NCBI GenBank assembly: GCA_963714975.1
Contig: CAVQQD010000002.1
Coordinates: 864,001 to 928,000 of the forward strand
DNA from: an uncultured Gammaproteobacteria bacterium
GTDB lineage: Bacteria > Pseudomonadota > Gammaproteobacteria > JAURND01
DNA length: 64,000 nucleotides
Direction: 5' to 3'
A program made the translations under genes and the position numbers. Positions 9,950-19,655 of the stretch are shown here, piece after piece. How positions within the stretch are numbered: position 1 is the stretch's first letter; each line of letters opens with the position of its first letter. The notes below the pieces were generated by a model that was not told the origin of the DNA, did no database searches, and saw nothing but the letters and a program-made list of their open reading frames with translations.

Positions 9950-12565
9950 TTAGGCAGAGTTGCGGCTTGCGTTTGTATTAGCTGCAAGAGCTTTTAAGAT
10001 CATTTTTTTGTAAGCCGATCGTAATTTAGCTTTGCCAGTTATTTCTTTATATCTCACCATGGCATATTGTTGTATGATGAGCAATGGTAAAACTATTTCT
10101 TCTCGCAATTTTATCGACTCTCGGTTCAAGTCATCATATTCAAGCAATTTAGTCTGTTTTGCAATTAAAAGAATTAATTTTTCAGTTAATTTAGATTCTT
10201 TAGCTAATTTTTTCCAGAATGGACCAAATTTCGTGTCTTTTTTCATATAGTCGGTTAAAGGGAAAAAAGTTTTAGACAAACTCATCATGGTGTTTTCTAC
10301 CAAAGTTTTAAAAAAAAGCGAATTGTTATATAAGTGTATTAATTTTTTTTCATCTGTCTTGATTAATTTACTCAATGCCCAGCCAAATCCATAATATCCC
10401 GGAACATTTTGCTTTATCTGGTTCCAAGAACCGACAAATGGAATGGCTCGTAAATCGGAAAATTTTAATGTACTAGAATGATGCCTGGTTGTAGGTCTGC
10501 TACCTATATTTAATTCTCCATAAAATCGTAGTGGTGTCATTTCTTCGAGATAGGGAACAAATAGTTTATTATTTTTTAGTAAACTATAATGCTTTTGGCT
10601 TTCTTGCGATAATTTTTCCATTAATGAACAATCGGTTTTTGAAAAATCACTGATTTCATTAACTAGGACTAGGTCTTCTAATCCGGCAGTCAATAATTGT
10701 TCTAAATTGTATTTAGCAGTTACTTCATTGCCAAAATTAACGCTAATGGTCTGTCCTTGTACCGTTAACTGCAGGTTATGATGTTCTATTTTACTTCCTA
10801 ATGATCGATAAAATAAGTGGGTATTTCCTCCGCCACGCGCAGGGGGACCTCCACGCCCATCGAAAAAAATTGTTTTAATTCCGTATTGTTTAGCAAGTGC
10901 CGTTAAACGTAATTTAGCCTTATAAATCGACCAATTGGCTGCCACATAACCACCATCCTTAGTACCATCGGAAAATCCCAGCATAATAGTTTGAGTGTTA
11001 TCTCTTAATTTTAAATGTCTCCTGTAAAAATGACATTCATATAAGATATGCATTATTTTTTCTGAATTTTCTATGTCATTTATTTCCTCAAAAAGTGGAA
11101 TAATATCTACTGGAATGATTTGAGGAAAATGCCCTGTAAGCTGCAGCATCGTAAATAATTCCAAAACATCCATGGCTGAAGACGTATGACTTATAACGTA
11201 TCGACATAGACCATCTTCTCCGTTGCTTTCTTGGATTTTTTTTATTGCTTGTATTGTTTTTACTGTCCTCATCACTACATTTTGTTGACGTTTTTTTGCG
11301 GGATATTTTATTTTTTTCCTTATTATTGACGATAAGATATTTATTTTTTCTTTTTTTGTTGAGTAATCGTATTGATTTAGTTTAAGGTTTATTTTTTTGT
11401 TTTTTATGAGATCGAATAAAATTTTTTTAAAAATTTTACGATGTACCTCAGAATTTTCGCGTAAATCAATTTTGGCAAAATAAAAATGAAAACAATTAAC
11501 TTTAATAATGAGTTCTTCAATATTTTCTATAAAGAGTGAATTGTGGTTTTTTATTAATATAGATTTAATTACGTTAAGATCGCGTAATAATTCACTTGAT
11601 TTGTAATAGATGCTAGAATTTATATCTATAGTTTCTATTACTTGTGATCTTAGATGGGTTTTTTCTAGTTTATGTTTTATTTTTTCTAGTTTTGTTAATA
11701 TACCCTTAAACGTTAGTTTTTTAATTAAATAATCTATATCCAATAAGTACATCTGCAATATTCTGGTCTTAAGCAATCTCGCAACCTCAAGAGTGGTGTC
11801 AGGGGTTACATTGGGATTTCCATCCCGATCGCCTCCTGGCCAAAATCCAAGTTGAATACAATTTAAGTTCAGCTCACCAGAACCTCCAAACTTCTTTATA
11901 GCCAGGGTAATTTTTTGTTGTATTTGTGGAATCACTGGATAAAACACATTTTCTAAAAACCAAACTAGGCTTTCAGCTTCTTGATAAGGCGTTGGTTTTT
12001 TTTGATGCTTGAATGAGGTTTTGCCCATTTGCAACAATAAATTGCTGATTTCTTTTAAATCATTTTTTTGCAACGCAAAATTTAATTGAGCAAGAATTCC
12101 TAATATCGTATCTGGATAAAATTGGGTAGGATGTGCAGTTAAAACAACTCGTACTTGATATTGTTTAATTTGTTCTATGAATTTTCGTTGTTTATTTTTA
12201 TCATCAATTTTTGTTAATAAATTTTCTAAAGATCCATTTCCTGTTAAGTCATGGGTGCTAGAAAAAGCAGCGTCTTCTAAGGCATCGAATAAAACAATTT
12301 GTCGCTCTATAAACTGTAATATTTGAAATAAAATGTTGATTATTTTTTTCTCATCGTCATAAATGCCTTGAGCCTTGAAAAATTGGTCTATAATTTGTCC
12401 TGGGGATTTTTTATTTTTTATTTGTGAATTACAAAATCGAGAAAAAATTGCTAAAAGGGTTCCAATAGTTTGGGTTTCTCCGAAGGGTAGGGCCAAAAAC
12501 AACCCATTGTAAAGATTGTATTTTAGTACTACTTCTTCATTAAATTTGCGTAATTGATCATTCAT
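9950..12565 (-). CDS. ppc: Phosphoenolpyruvate carboxylase
   Basis: VLTAHPTQF, WPGGDRDGNPNV, IMLGFSDGTKDGG, GRGGPPARGGG, LRAIPF, C-terminal RNSA. Confidence 0.95.
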   Translation of the reverse strand: MNDQLRKFNEEVVLKYNLYNGLFLALPFGETQTIGTLLAIFSRFCNSQIKNKKSPGQIIDQFFKAQGIYDDEKKIINILFQILQFIERQIVLFDALEDAAFSSTHDLTGNGSLENLLTKIDDKNKQRKFIEQIKQYQVRVVLTAHPTQFYPDTILGILAQLNFALQKNDLKEISNLLLQMGKTSFKHQKKPTPYQEAESLVWFLENVFYPVIPQIQQKITLAIKKFGGSGELNLNCIQLGFWPGGDRDGNPNVTPDTTLEVARLLKTRILQMYLLDIDYLIKKLTFKGILTKLEKIKHKLEKTHLRSQVIETIDINSSIYYKSSELLRDLNVIKSILIKNHNSLFIENIEELIIKVNCFHFYFAKIDLRENSEVHRKIFKKILFDLIKNKKINLKLNQYDYSTKKEKINILSSIIRKKIKYPAKKRQQNVVMRTVKTIQAIKKIQESNGEDGLCRYVISHTSSAMDVLELFTMLQLTGHFPQIIPVDIIPLFEEINDIENSEKIMHILYECHFYRRHLKLRDNTQTIMLGFSDGTKDGGYVAANWSIYKAKLRLTALAKQYGIKTIFFDGRGGPPARGGGNTHLFYRSLGSKIEHHNLQLTVQGQTISVNFGNEVTAKYNLEQLLTAGLEDLVLVNEISDFSKTDCSLMEKLSQESQKHYSLLKNNKLFVPYLEEMTPLRFYGELNIGSRPTTRHHSSTLKFSDLRAIPFVGSWNQIKQNVPGYYGFGWALSKLIKTDEKKLIHLYNNSLFFKTLVENTMMSLSKTFFPLTDYMKKDTKFGPFWKKLAKESKLTEKLILLIAKQTKLLEYDDLNRESIKLREEIVLPLLIIQQYAMVRYKEITGKAKLRSAYKKMILKALAANTNASRNSA

Positions 12566-12958
12566 TTTACTTCCTTATAGGCCAAAAATCCTGTCTTTTG
12601 GCTATTTTCCTACATTGTTATTAGCTGAATGATTGCTCTTAATGCTTTTAATTTGTGTTTTAATTACCTTGTAACTAAATGATAGTTAAACAACATACTT
12701 ATAGCAAGAGAGGATACGGTGATGACGCTAAATTTTACATGTAGTTTATGCAACTTTTCAATTATTGATTACCCCAGCCATTTTACTGCTTTATCCAAAT
12801 TTCAAATACGACTTGAAATTTAAAACACAAGGAAGTCTCACAGCTAACATGAGGTTAAAGTCAATACTAGGTATTGCCTGAGATTTCGTGGCAGCTCATT
12901 AATAAACCATGGGAATTAAGAATAACATAAGGGTACCAGCGCTATATCGGAGGTCTTT

Positions 12959-13174
12959 ATGTATGGTTCAGATCATTTTGAAATCGCATATAAATTTTTA
13001 TCCAAACAGTATTATCATAAGGCTATACCTTATTTGTTTGAAGCAGCTCAAGAAGGGCACCCGCTAGCACATATGTGGATAGAAAATATTTATTCCCATG
13101 GCCTTGATGCACAGCAGCCTGCAAGGCACAATAGACCCTATCTTTTTAATAGGGCCATTTTGCCAATTTTATAG
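12959..13174 (+). CDS. Single Sel1/TPR-like repeat microprotein, paralogue of 9768-9926
   Basis: YHKAIPYLFEAAQEGHPLAHMWIENIY; GGAGG RBS. Confidence 0.6.
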   Translation: MYGSDHFEIAYKFLSKQYYHKAIPYLFEAAQEGHPLAHMWIENIYSHGLDAQQPARHNRPYLFNRAILPIL

Positions 13175-13346
13175 GGTCCCTGGCTTGCGCGTCCCCCTCG
13201 GTAGGAGTCTCTCTCGTGTTCTCCGGCAGGATGCCGGGATCCACGGGAACGACGGCCTTAGAGGTGTGGGCATCAGATGTTATTTAACACTTATATTTCC
13301 GATAATTTTTCTTATCGGAAATATTGCATATGAATGTGGCAAGGCA

Positions 13347-14003
13347 ATGGAAAAAATTTCTGTACAACAATTTCATGAAATTACTAAAGATACAATTTTT
13401 TTAAAAGGTAATCATCTCAAACCTAAAGTATTATTTAAAACCTCTACGCAAGAAATCATTAAGCTAATTCGCAAATCCAAAAAATTTTATTCACTTTCAC
13501 ATATCTGGTCTTATGCGAAACGCTTTGAGTCTGGGAGTAAACGCATTAATGCTTTGGGAATTCCTGCATTAAAGTGGAAATACAGTTATTATTATCCAAC
13601 AGGTAAATGTCATGTTGTAATTTATGATTTTTTGGAAGGCATTGACTTACATTCACTGACCCAAGCTAAAACTCCTGTACATTGTAGTAAGGTGCTTGAA
13701 TTAATACAGCGTTTACATCAAGCGGGTGTTTATTTTCGTGATTTTCATTTAGGTAATGTGCTATTGCGAGAAAATCAACAATTAGCACTCATTGATGTTG
13801 CCTCCATGAGCTTTCAAAAATCATCGTTAACTCCCAAGCAACGTGCTAGAAATTTCACACATTGGTTCAATCGCAATGAAGACCAAACTTATTTTAAGTA
13901 TTTTAATCCAGCAGTAATTATTCAAACTTATTTAAATTTTTCTGATTTAACTCCACATCAACGCGATAAATTTTGCAGTTATTTCAATCTTTACAGAATT
14001 TAA
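13347..14003 (+). CDS. Lipopolysaccharide kinase-like protein (Kdo/WaaP/InaA fold)
   Basis: LHQAGVYFRDFHLGNVLL...LIDV kinase catalytic loop; the upstream ORF extension reads through a repeat. Confidence 0.75.
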   Translation: MEKISVQQFHEITKDTIFLKGNHLKPKVLFKTSTQEIIKLIRKSKKFYSLSHIWSYAKRFESGSKRINALGIPALKWKYSYYYPTGKCHVVIYDFLEGIDLHSLTQAKTPVHCSKVLELIQRLHQAGVYFRDFHLGNVLLRENQQLALIDVASMSFQKSSLTPKQRARNFTHWFNRNEDQTYFKYFNPAVIIQTYLNFSDLTPHQRDKFCSYFNLYRI

Positions 14004-14137
14004 AATACCCCTTTTAAATATTATCTCTCCCCTACTTTAGATTTGCTAAATTGTTTTTCAGTAATTTTGATCTATCTTTAATAAATATAATAACTATTTA
14101 TAAGGATGTATTTTAAAAACAAGGGAGGGAATTTATT

Positions 14138-14599
14138 ATGAAAATAATAAAAGCTATTATTATTGTATGTATTACGTTAATTTCTTTGTTAATTTTTGAT
14201 GTAAATGCTTATGCAGATAAAAAATTTGTTTTTGATCCGAAACGAACTAGTTGGTATGCCTATGAAGATGGTCAGTTAATAGCCAGTGGAAATGCATCAG
14301 GTGGTGCTAATTATTGTCCAGATCGCCATCGTCCCTGTCATACACCCACCGGTTTTTTTCATGTTATTAGCAAAGGTGGAGCAAACTGTAAATCAAATAT
14401 TTACCCACTTCCCCATGGAGGGGCACCAATGCCCTTCTGCATGTTTTTTAGTAAAAATTATGCAATTCATGGCGCTGCTAGTGTTCCTCAGGGTCGTAAT
14501 GCCAGTCACGGCTGTATACGAGTTCGTCCCAGTGCGGCAATTTGGTTAAGTAAAAACTTTATAGATATTGGAACTACAGTGATAGTGAAATCATATTAA
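14138..14599 (+). CDS. L,D-transpeptidase (YkuD/ErfK, EnhA-like)
   Basis: Signal peptide; TPTGFF, PMPFCMFF, YAIHG...ASHGCIRV. Confidence 0.9.
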   Translation: MKIIKAIIIVCITLISLLIFDVNAYADKKFVFDPKRTSWYAYEDGQLIASGNASGGANYCPDRHRPCHTPTGFFHVISKGGANCKSNIYPLPHGGAPMPFCMFFSKNYAIHGAASVPQGRNASHGCIRVRPSAAIWLSKNFIDIGTTVIVKSY

Positions 14600-14606
14600 T
14601 AAGTTA

Positions 14607-14630
14607 GCCCCCCCAACCCAAAGGGGGGGT
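14607..14630. terminator. Bidirectional hairpin between convergent genes
   Basis: C7-aacccaaa-G7 stem-loop. Confidence 0.55.
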
Positions 14631-14652
14631 AAACGTTCTGGTTTTTCTACAC

Positions 14653-14991
14653 TTAGTAATAAGTGTAGAAATAAGAAGGATAAGTGTAATAATAATAGGT
14701 ATGATAGTGATCGCCTTCATAAATGAAGTACCTATGATAATAATTATATACTTGTCCTTTATAGCAAAAGCCGTTATCTAAATAGACTTTATATGGATAT
14801 GAATAAGTTATGTAATCTACTACCAAAAAACAGCGGTTTGGGTCACATACTTTTTTACAATGGAATGGATTAGTCCCAGTCCGAGCCCAGGCCAAAGCTG
14901 AGGAAGAGTACATAAAAAGCATTGCTCCCGCTAGCACTGAACTCAAAACTACATTCTTCACTACCGTTGTGCTAAGACTATTTATTTTCAT
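14653..14991 (-). CDS. Small secreted Tyr-rich hypothetical protein
   Basis: Signal peptide ending SSALA; Cys residues and a Tyr-rich tail; AGGAG RBS. Confidence 0.65.
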   Translation of the reverse strand: MKINSLSTTVVKNVVLSSVLAGAMLFMYSSSALAWARTGTNPFHCKKVCDPNRCFLVVDYITYSYPYKVYLDNGFCYKGQVYNYYHRYFIYEGDHYHTYYYYTYPSYFYTYY

Positions 14992-15217
14992 GTCTTTTCT
15001 CCTTTTTACAGTTTTTTACACCTTCTACCTTAACTATAGATTGACGCCTCAATTAAGCAATAACATATTTCTACATTAATTACTAAAAAAATATTGAAAA
15101 AAATAATTTTAAATCCCTGCTTCCGCAGGGACGACGTGTGCTTCCACAGGGACGGACGTGTGCTTTCTCAGGGACAAAACACGAAACACTGCTAAGCTTG
15201 CAATAAGGAGAAAAATC

Positions 15218-15754
15218 ATGGAGATAGACCTGGATAATCAACTACATTTGTCTCAGTTTATGTATAATTATACAACAAGATTACTCAATCCTTGTTATGT
15301 GAGACAAATTTTGTTAGCAGAAATGGGGAGAGCTAGCCGAGAAGAACATCCAATTGCTATTATTTTAATGGAATTGGATAACTTTAATCCGGTCTTGGCG
15401 AGTTGTGCTAAAGACATACAAATTAGCATTCTGAAAAACATTACAACCATTTTGGCTTTAAATTTCCGTAATTACGACCATATTTTCTACTGTAATCAAG
15501 CTAAATTTTTCATTATCATGCCTAGCATAAACAAGACCTTTGCTGAATCGAAAGCAGAATTATTACGAAACCTTATTAAAAAATCACTCGGAGGTCAGAA
15601 AAATTTTCCAACTCTTACTGCTTCCTTTGGAGTCGCCATGTTTCCGCAACATGGCGCAGACATAGAACATTTACTAACCTCTGTAGAGCAGGCTCTGGAT
15701 CAGGCAAAAAAAGGAGGAGGCGACATGGTGATTGTCGCCACTCATAAAAATTAG
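15218..15754 (+). CDS. Degenerate GGDEF-domain protein
   Basis: ELDNF, LTASFGVA, EQALDQAKKGGGD present, but the active site reads NQAKF. Confidence 0.8.
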   Translation: MEIDLDNQLHLSQFMYNYTTRLLNPCYVRQILLAEMGRASREEHPIAIILMELDNFNPVLASCAKDIQISILKNITTILALNFRNYDHIFYCNQAKFFIIMPSINKTFAESKAELLRNLIKKSLGGQKNFPTLTASFGVAMFPQHGADIEHLLTSVEQALDQAKKGGGDMVIVATHKN

Positions 15755-15760
15755 AGGAAT

Positions 15761-16309
15761 TTATCGATGAGTTCTGGTCATTGCTTTAGCCGCTATTGCA
15801 AGAGTAATAAAAGTCCATCCAGTAATTATTAAATCTATGCCTACGAATAAGCCAATAATAAATAAACTAGCAGCCGGCCAGTTCATTAAAATTAAAATGC
15901 CAAGTAATAAAGCAACTAATCCTCCAAAAAATCTCCATCCCCAATTAGGTAATCGAAAAGATATCGCTGTTAATGCACGAAACAGCCCTAAAATAATATA
16001 AAAAATAGCTAACAATAAAGTAATGGATGTGGCTGCAGCTATCGGATTTATTATTAGAAAAATACCCGCTATCGCGTATAAAATTGCCATAATTAAATGT
16101 AAAATAAATACTGAAATTTTTTGCCAATAATGAAAACTATCAATAAAAATTATTACCCCACCTATACAAAGTAAAATTCCTAAAAAAACTACTGAAACAA
16201 TGGTGGTAAACGACACTACGCTAAGCGCTATTAATCCCAAAATAACCAAGATAATTCCGTAAGCTAACAGCAATCCCCAATTCTTTCTTGATGAAATTGC
16301 TTGATCCAT
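15761..16309 (-). CDS. HdeD family membrane protein
   Basis: Six hydrophobic helices, WP..SLFIIGLFVGIDLI..GW motif. Confidence 0.85.
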   Translation of the reverse strand: MDQAISSRKNWGLLLAYGIILVILGLIALSVVSFTTIVSVVFLGILLCIGGVIIFIDSFHYWQKISVFILHLIMAILYAIAGIFLIINPIAAATSITLLLAIFYIILGLFRALTAISFRLPNWGWRFFGGLVALLLGILILMNWPAASLFIIGLFVGIDLIITGWTFITLAIAAKAMTRTHR

Positions 16310-16318
16310 AATATTCTC

Positions 16319-17707
16319 CTAACGGTTGTGAATTAAAAAATCTGAGGAAAAAAATTGAAATTGATTTCTTCCTGCATCCTTTGCTGCGTACATTGCTAAG
16401 TCGGCTTTTTTTAAAAGAGTTACAGCATCACTTCCATCCTGTGGATAGGTGGCAATACCAATACTGGCCGTAATATAGAGCTTGTGAACATCAATGTTCA
16501 CCGAATTTTCAATAATTTTTAACATTTTTGTTGCTACGGATTCTGCTGCTTGGGGATAAGTAATTTCAGTGAGAATAATGACGAACTCATCTCCCCCCAA
16601 GCGAGCTACTGTATCTCCTCCTCGCACGATGTCAGTTAATCGTAAGGCTACATGTTTCAGTAATTGATCGCCAATATCGTGCCCCAAACGATCATTAATG
16701 AGTTTAAATTTATCGAGATCTAGGAACATCACTGCTAAAGATCTTTGATAGCGTTTGGCTTGATCTAAAGATTGTTTCAATCTATCTAACAGTAATTGTC
16801 GATTGGCAAGGTTTGTTAGGTGATCGTAGTAAGCTAGTTGATGAATTTTGCATTGGCTTTGCTTGCGCATACTAATATCTTGAAAAGCCACCACATATCC
16901 GACGATTTTAGTATCTCTCAATAGAGGAACCGAATGTATTTCTACAGGAAAAATATCCCCATTTTTATTGCGGAATAATTCATCATCACTATGGTAGGGA
17001 AAATTACTTCTGCTAGTTTTATTTAAATTACAGTGAGGATTAAAAGCTCCAATACCATTGGCGTGAGAATGGAATAAAGTATGAGCATTTTTATTAAAAA
17101 GTTCTTCCTGTGACCGGCCTAACAGCCGCGTTGCTTCAGGATTAGAGTAAATGATATAACCCTCATCATTGATAGCGTACACCCCCTCGCCTATAGCTGA
17201 TGCAATTTCTCTGAAGCGAAATTCACTATCACGAATTGTTTGATACAACTTTTTGCGACTAGCCAGTATTGCAGCCCAATAAAAAACTAAAATGCCCAAT
17301 AACAATAAACTTACGAAATAAATACCTAAGATGAATGTCCTATGAGCAAAATTCTCTGGAGGTAGCACGGTAATGGGTATTAAATGGTTAACAGGATTAC
17401 TGGTTAATGGGAGATTTAAAGAAGTAAAAGAAGAATAATATAAGCTAAAAAGATCCAAACTAGGTTGTATGGGGAGGGACTTTTGGACATCAAACACTTG
17501 CCCCAATTGAGAGGAATAAATATGAGCCAAGGCTTCGGATTGAAGTACATCAATTGCAAAAAGCGTATGAATTTTAAGTACGCTATAAAGAAGACAAGTT
17601 AGAATAATAGCAAATGGAATATAAAAAAGCAGGAATAATCTTACAATAGTACGCATATTGCCACCATTCCCTTGGTTATTATGTAAAGAATTAGATGAAG
17701 CTTCCAT
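16319..17707 (-). CDS. Membrane-anchored PAS-GGDEF diguanylate cyclase (start may be 17656)
   Basis: Two TM helices, PAS domain, DHLTNLANR, DLDKFKLIND, RLGGDEF, ADLAMYAAK. Confidence 0.92.
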   Translation of the reverse strand: MEASSNSLHNNQGNGGNMRTIVRLFLLFYIPFAIILTCLLYSVLKIHTLFAIDVLQSEALAHIYSSQLGQVFDVQKSLPIQPSLDLFSLYYSSFTSLNLPLTSNPVNHLIPITVLPPENFAHRTFILGIYFVSLLLLGILVFYWAAILASRKKLYQTIRDSEFRFREIASAIGEGVYAINDEGYIIYSNPEATRLLGRSQEELFNKNAHTLFHSHANGIGAFNPHCNLNKTSRSNFPYHSDDELFRNKNGDIFPVEIHSVPLLRDTKIVGYVVAFQDISMRKQSQCKIHQLAYYDHLTNLANRQLLLDRLKQSLDQAKRYQRSLAVMFLDLDKFKLINDRLGHDIGDQLLKHVALRLTDIVRGGDTVARLGGDEFVIILTEITYPQAAESVATKMLKIIENSVNIDVHKLYITASIGIATYPQDGSDAVTLLKKADLAMYAAKDAGRNQFQFFSSDFLIHNR

Positions 17708-17899
17708 TTAGTAAAAAAGTATAACAAGGCTTTGCCTCTCGAGCAAGCTGTGGAATAATAAAAAATAAATTAGACACTTTCCTTTGATTTATTTCTATCT
17801 GTGATAGACTTACTAATGAATCTATGGATTGGATTGTAAACAAATGCGATTATTTTATATATGTATTTATGAAAAACCAATGCAAAGGAGGGAAAAATT

Positions 17900-18262
17900 A
17901 TGACTATTCCATTTATCGATAAGCCTGTCTATATAATGCTGACCAATCCTCATGGTCAAAAATTTGAACCTACTCGATTTTCTATACAAAATGCGGTTTT
18001 CAAAAAAGATGGCCAATATGAAGTCACCTGTTTGGCTGCTCAAAGCGACGAACTGGACGAAGGAGCTGTGCGACAAGGAAAATACACTGTCAAAGAAAAT
18101 CAAAATGACCAAGTCATATTAGTATGTGACGAGGAAACAGGGCAATTCCCTGGTAAATACGAAATTACCTTCAACTTGTTAAATAATCAAGTAGGGCAAT
18201 TTCAATCTTCCTTCTTAAAGGACCGAACTCTTATTAATGGCGTTTTTGAAATATCGCGTTAG
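17900..18262 (+). CDS. Hypothetical protein
   Basis: 120-aa ORF with AGGAGG RBS and a downstream hairpin. Confidence 0.65.
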   Translation: MTIPFIDKPVYIMLTNPHGQKFEPTRFSIQNAVFKKDGQYEVTCLAAQSDELDEGAVRQGKYTVKENQNDQVILVCDEETGQFPGKYEITFNLLNNQVGQFQSSFLKDRTLINGVFEISR

Positions 18263-18277
18263 TTAAGTTTTACCACG

Positions 18278-18308
18278 GTGAGGCTTCTGAAATTGTAGAA
18301 GCCTTATT
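18278..18308 (+). terminator. Probable intrinsic terminator
   Basis: aggcttct...agaagcct stem followed by a T-rich tail. Confidence 0.5.
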
Positions 18309-18343
18309 GTGTTAGTTAGTTAGTTTGTTATAAGGGATTATGC

Positions 18344-19573
18344 ATGAAAAAAATTAATAAATTTGCCAGTGCACTGGCATTTTTTATGCCGCTAGCACTA
18401 GTAAGCTCAGCCTATGCAGCTGCAGCCTTACCGCAAGCAAAAGCCTACGTTGCCAATTTCAAAGATAACACCCTCAGTGTAATTAACCTAGTTACGAATA
18501 AAGTGACTTATACTCTTCCAGTCCCTAAAGGACCAGATGGTATGGTCATTACTCCTGATAATCGTTATGTTTATTTAAGCGATAGTGGGGATGGTCAAGT
18601 AAGTGTGATTGATACTGCCTCGGATAGTATCCTAACCAACATCCCAGTAGGTAATAAACCACAAGGATTGGCTATTACACCCAATGGTCAAAGCATACTA
18701 GTTGCTGTCACCGACGACAATGCTGTTAAGGTGATAGATGCACAGACCAATCAAATAACCAGGACCTATCCAGTGAAAAGGCCTTATTATATCGCCATCA
18801 GCCCAGACAGTAAAACAGCCTACATTGGCTCACAAGATCCCGATCACTTTGCTTTAGTGGTTCTAAATCTTTCCAAAAATCGTATTATAGGAGAAATCCC
18901 CCTCAATAATGCTCCCCGCATCGTACAATATAGCCCAGATGGTAAGTGTCTGTATTTTACCCTGGCTGGAGATAATGCTATCTTTATCTTAGATCTTAGC
19001 AATCATCAAATAATTGCTAGAATGCCCACTGGAGCCTCTCCGCACTCGCTATTATTCACTCATAAGGGCGGGCTGGGGTTTACTGCCACCCAAGGTTCTG
19101 GGATGTTAGAGGTATTTAATCCTAGGCTAAGTAAGGTCGCCCATGAAATTGCCCTAGGTAAACTACCCTACTGGATTGCAATTACTCCCAATGATGCCAA
19201 AGCCTATGTGAGCAACGAAGGGAGTAATAGTGTTGCAGTGATTGACATACCTCGACTGGCAAAGGTGAACACCATTCCGGTAGGGAAAGCACCGCGGCAA
19301 ATTGTATTAGTGAGTGTCCCGCAGCCTACCTATAGAATATCAATTGAAAACTACAAATTTACCCCGAAAAATATTACTGTGCCGCTAGGTACCGAAATAA
19401 CTTGGGCAAATAACGATTCCGTCCCGCATACCATTATTTCCGAAGATCCTAGTGTCAATTCGGGGGAACTTTCTTCGGACGCTAGTTATAGCCATACTTT
19501 TAATGCACCAGGCGCCTATCGCTATTTTTGTGATACCCACCCTTTTATGATTGGCAAAGTTATTGTCCAATAG
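18344..19573 (+). CDS. Secreted YVTN beta-propeller protein with C-terminal cupredoxin domain
   Basis: Repeated P.G.AITPD / VSVID blades; type-1 Cu ligands PH...YFCDTHPFM. Confidence 0.85.
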   Translation: MKKINKFASALAFFMPLALVSSAYAAAALPQAKAYVANFKDNTLSVINLVTNKVTYTLPVPKGPDGMVITPDNRYVYLSDSGDGQVSVIDTASDSILTNIPVGNKPQGLAITPNGQSILVAVTDDNAVKVIDAQTNQITRTYPVKRPYYIAISPDSKTAYIGSQDPDHFALVVLNLSKNRIIGEIPLNNAPRIVQYSPDGKCLYFTLAGDNAIFILDLSNHQIIARMPTGASPHSLLFTHKGGLGFTATQGSGMLEVFNPRLSKVAHEIALGKLPYWIAITPNDAKAYVSNEGSNSVAVIDIPRLAKVNTIPVGKAPRQIVLVSVPQPTYRISIENYKFTPKNITVPLGTEITWANNDSVPHTIISEDPSVNSGELSSDASYSHTFNAPGAYRYFCDTHPFMIGKVIVQ

Positions 19574-19655
19574 CTCTTAATATTTTGTTAAGTTTCATGA
19601 ATTAAACTAGCAAAAAGTATTTCACGTTCACTCTTAATGCTGAGGATTTTTATTC

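Noticed and set aside
12566-12958. Possible ncRNA or riboswitch upstream of ppc
   Set aside because: AT-rich with no recognisable conserved motif or convincing stem set.
13098-13346. N-terminal extension of the LPS kinase-like ORF
   Set aside because: It overlaps the upstream microprotein and a family-C repeat remnant; ATG 13347 is the more plausible start.
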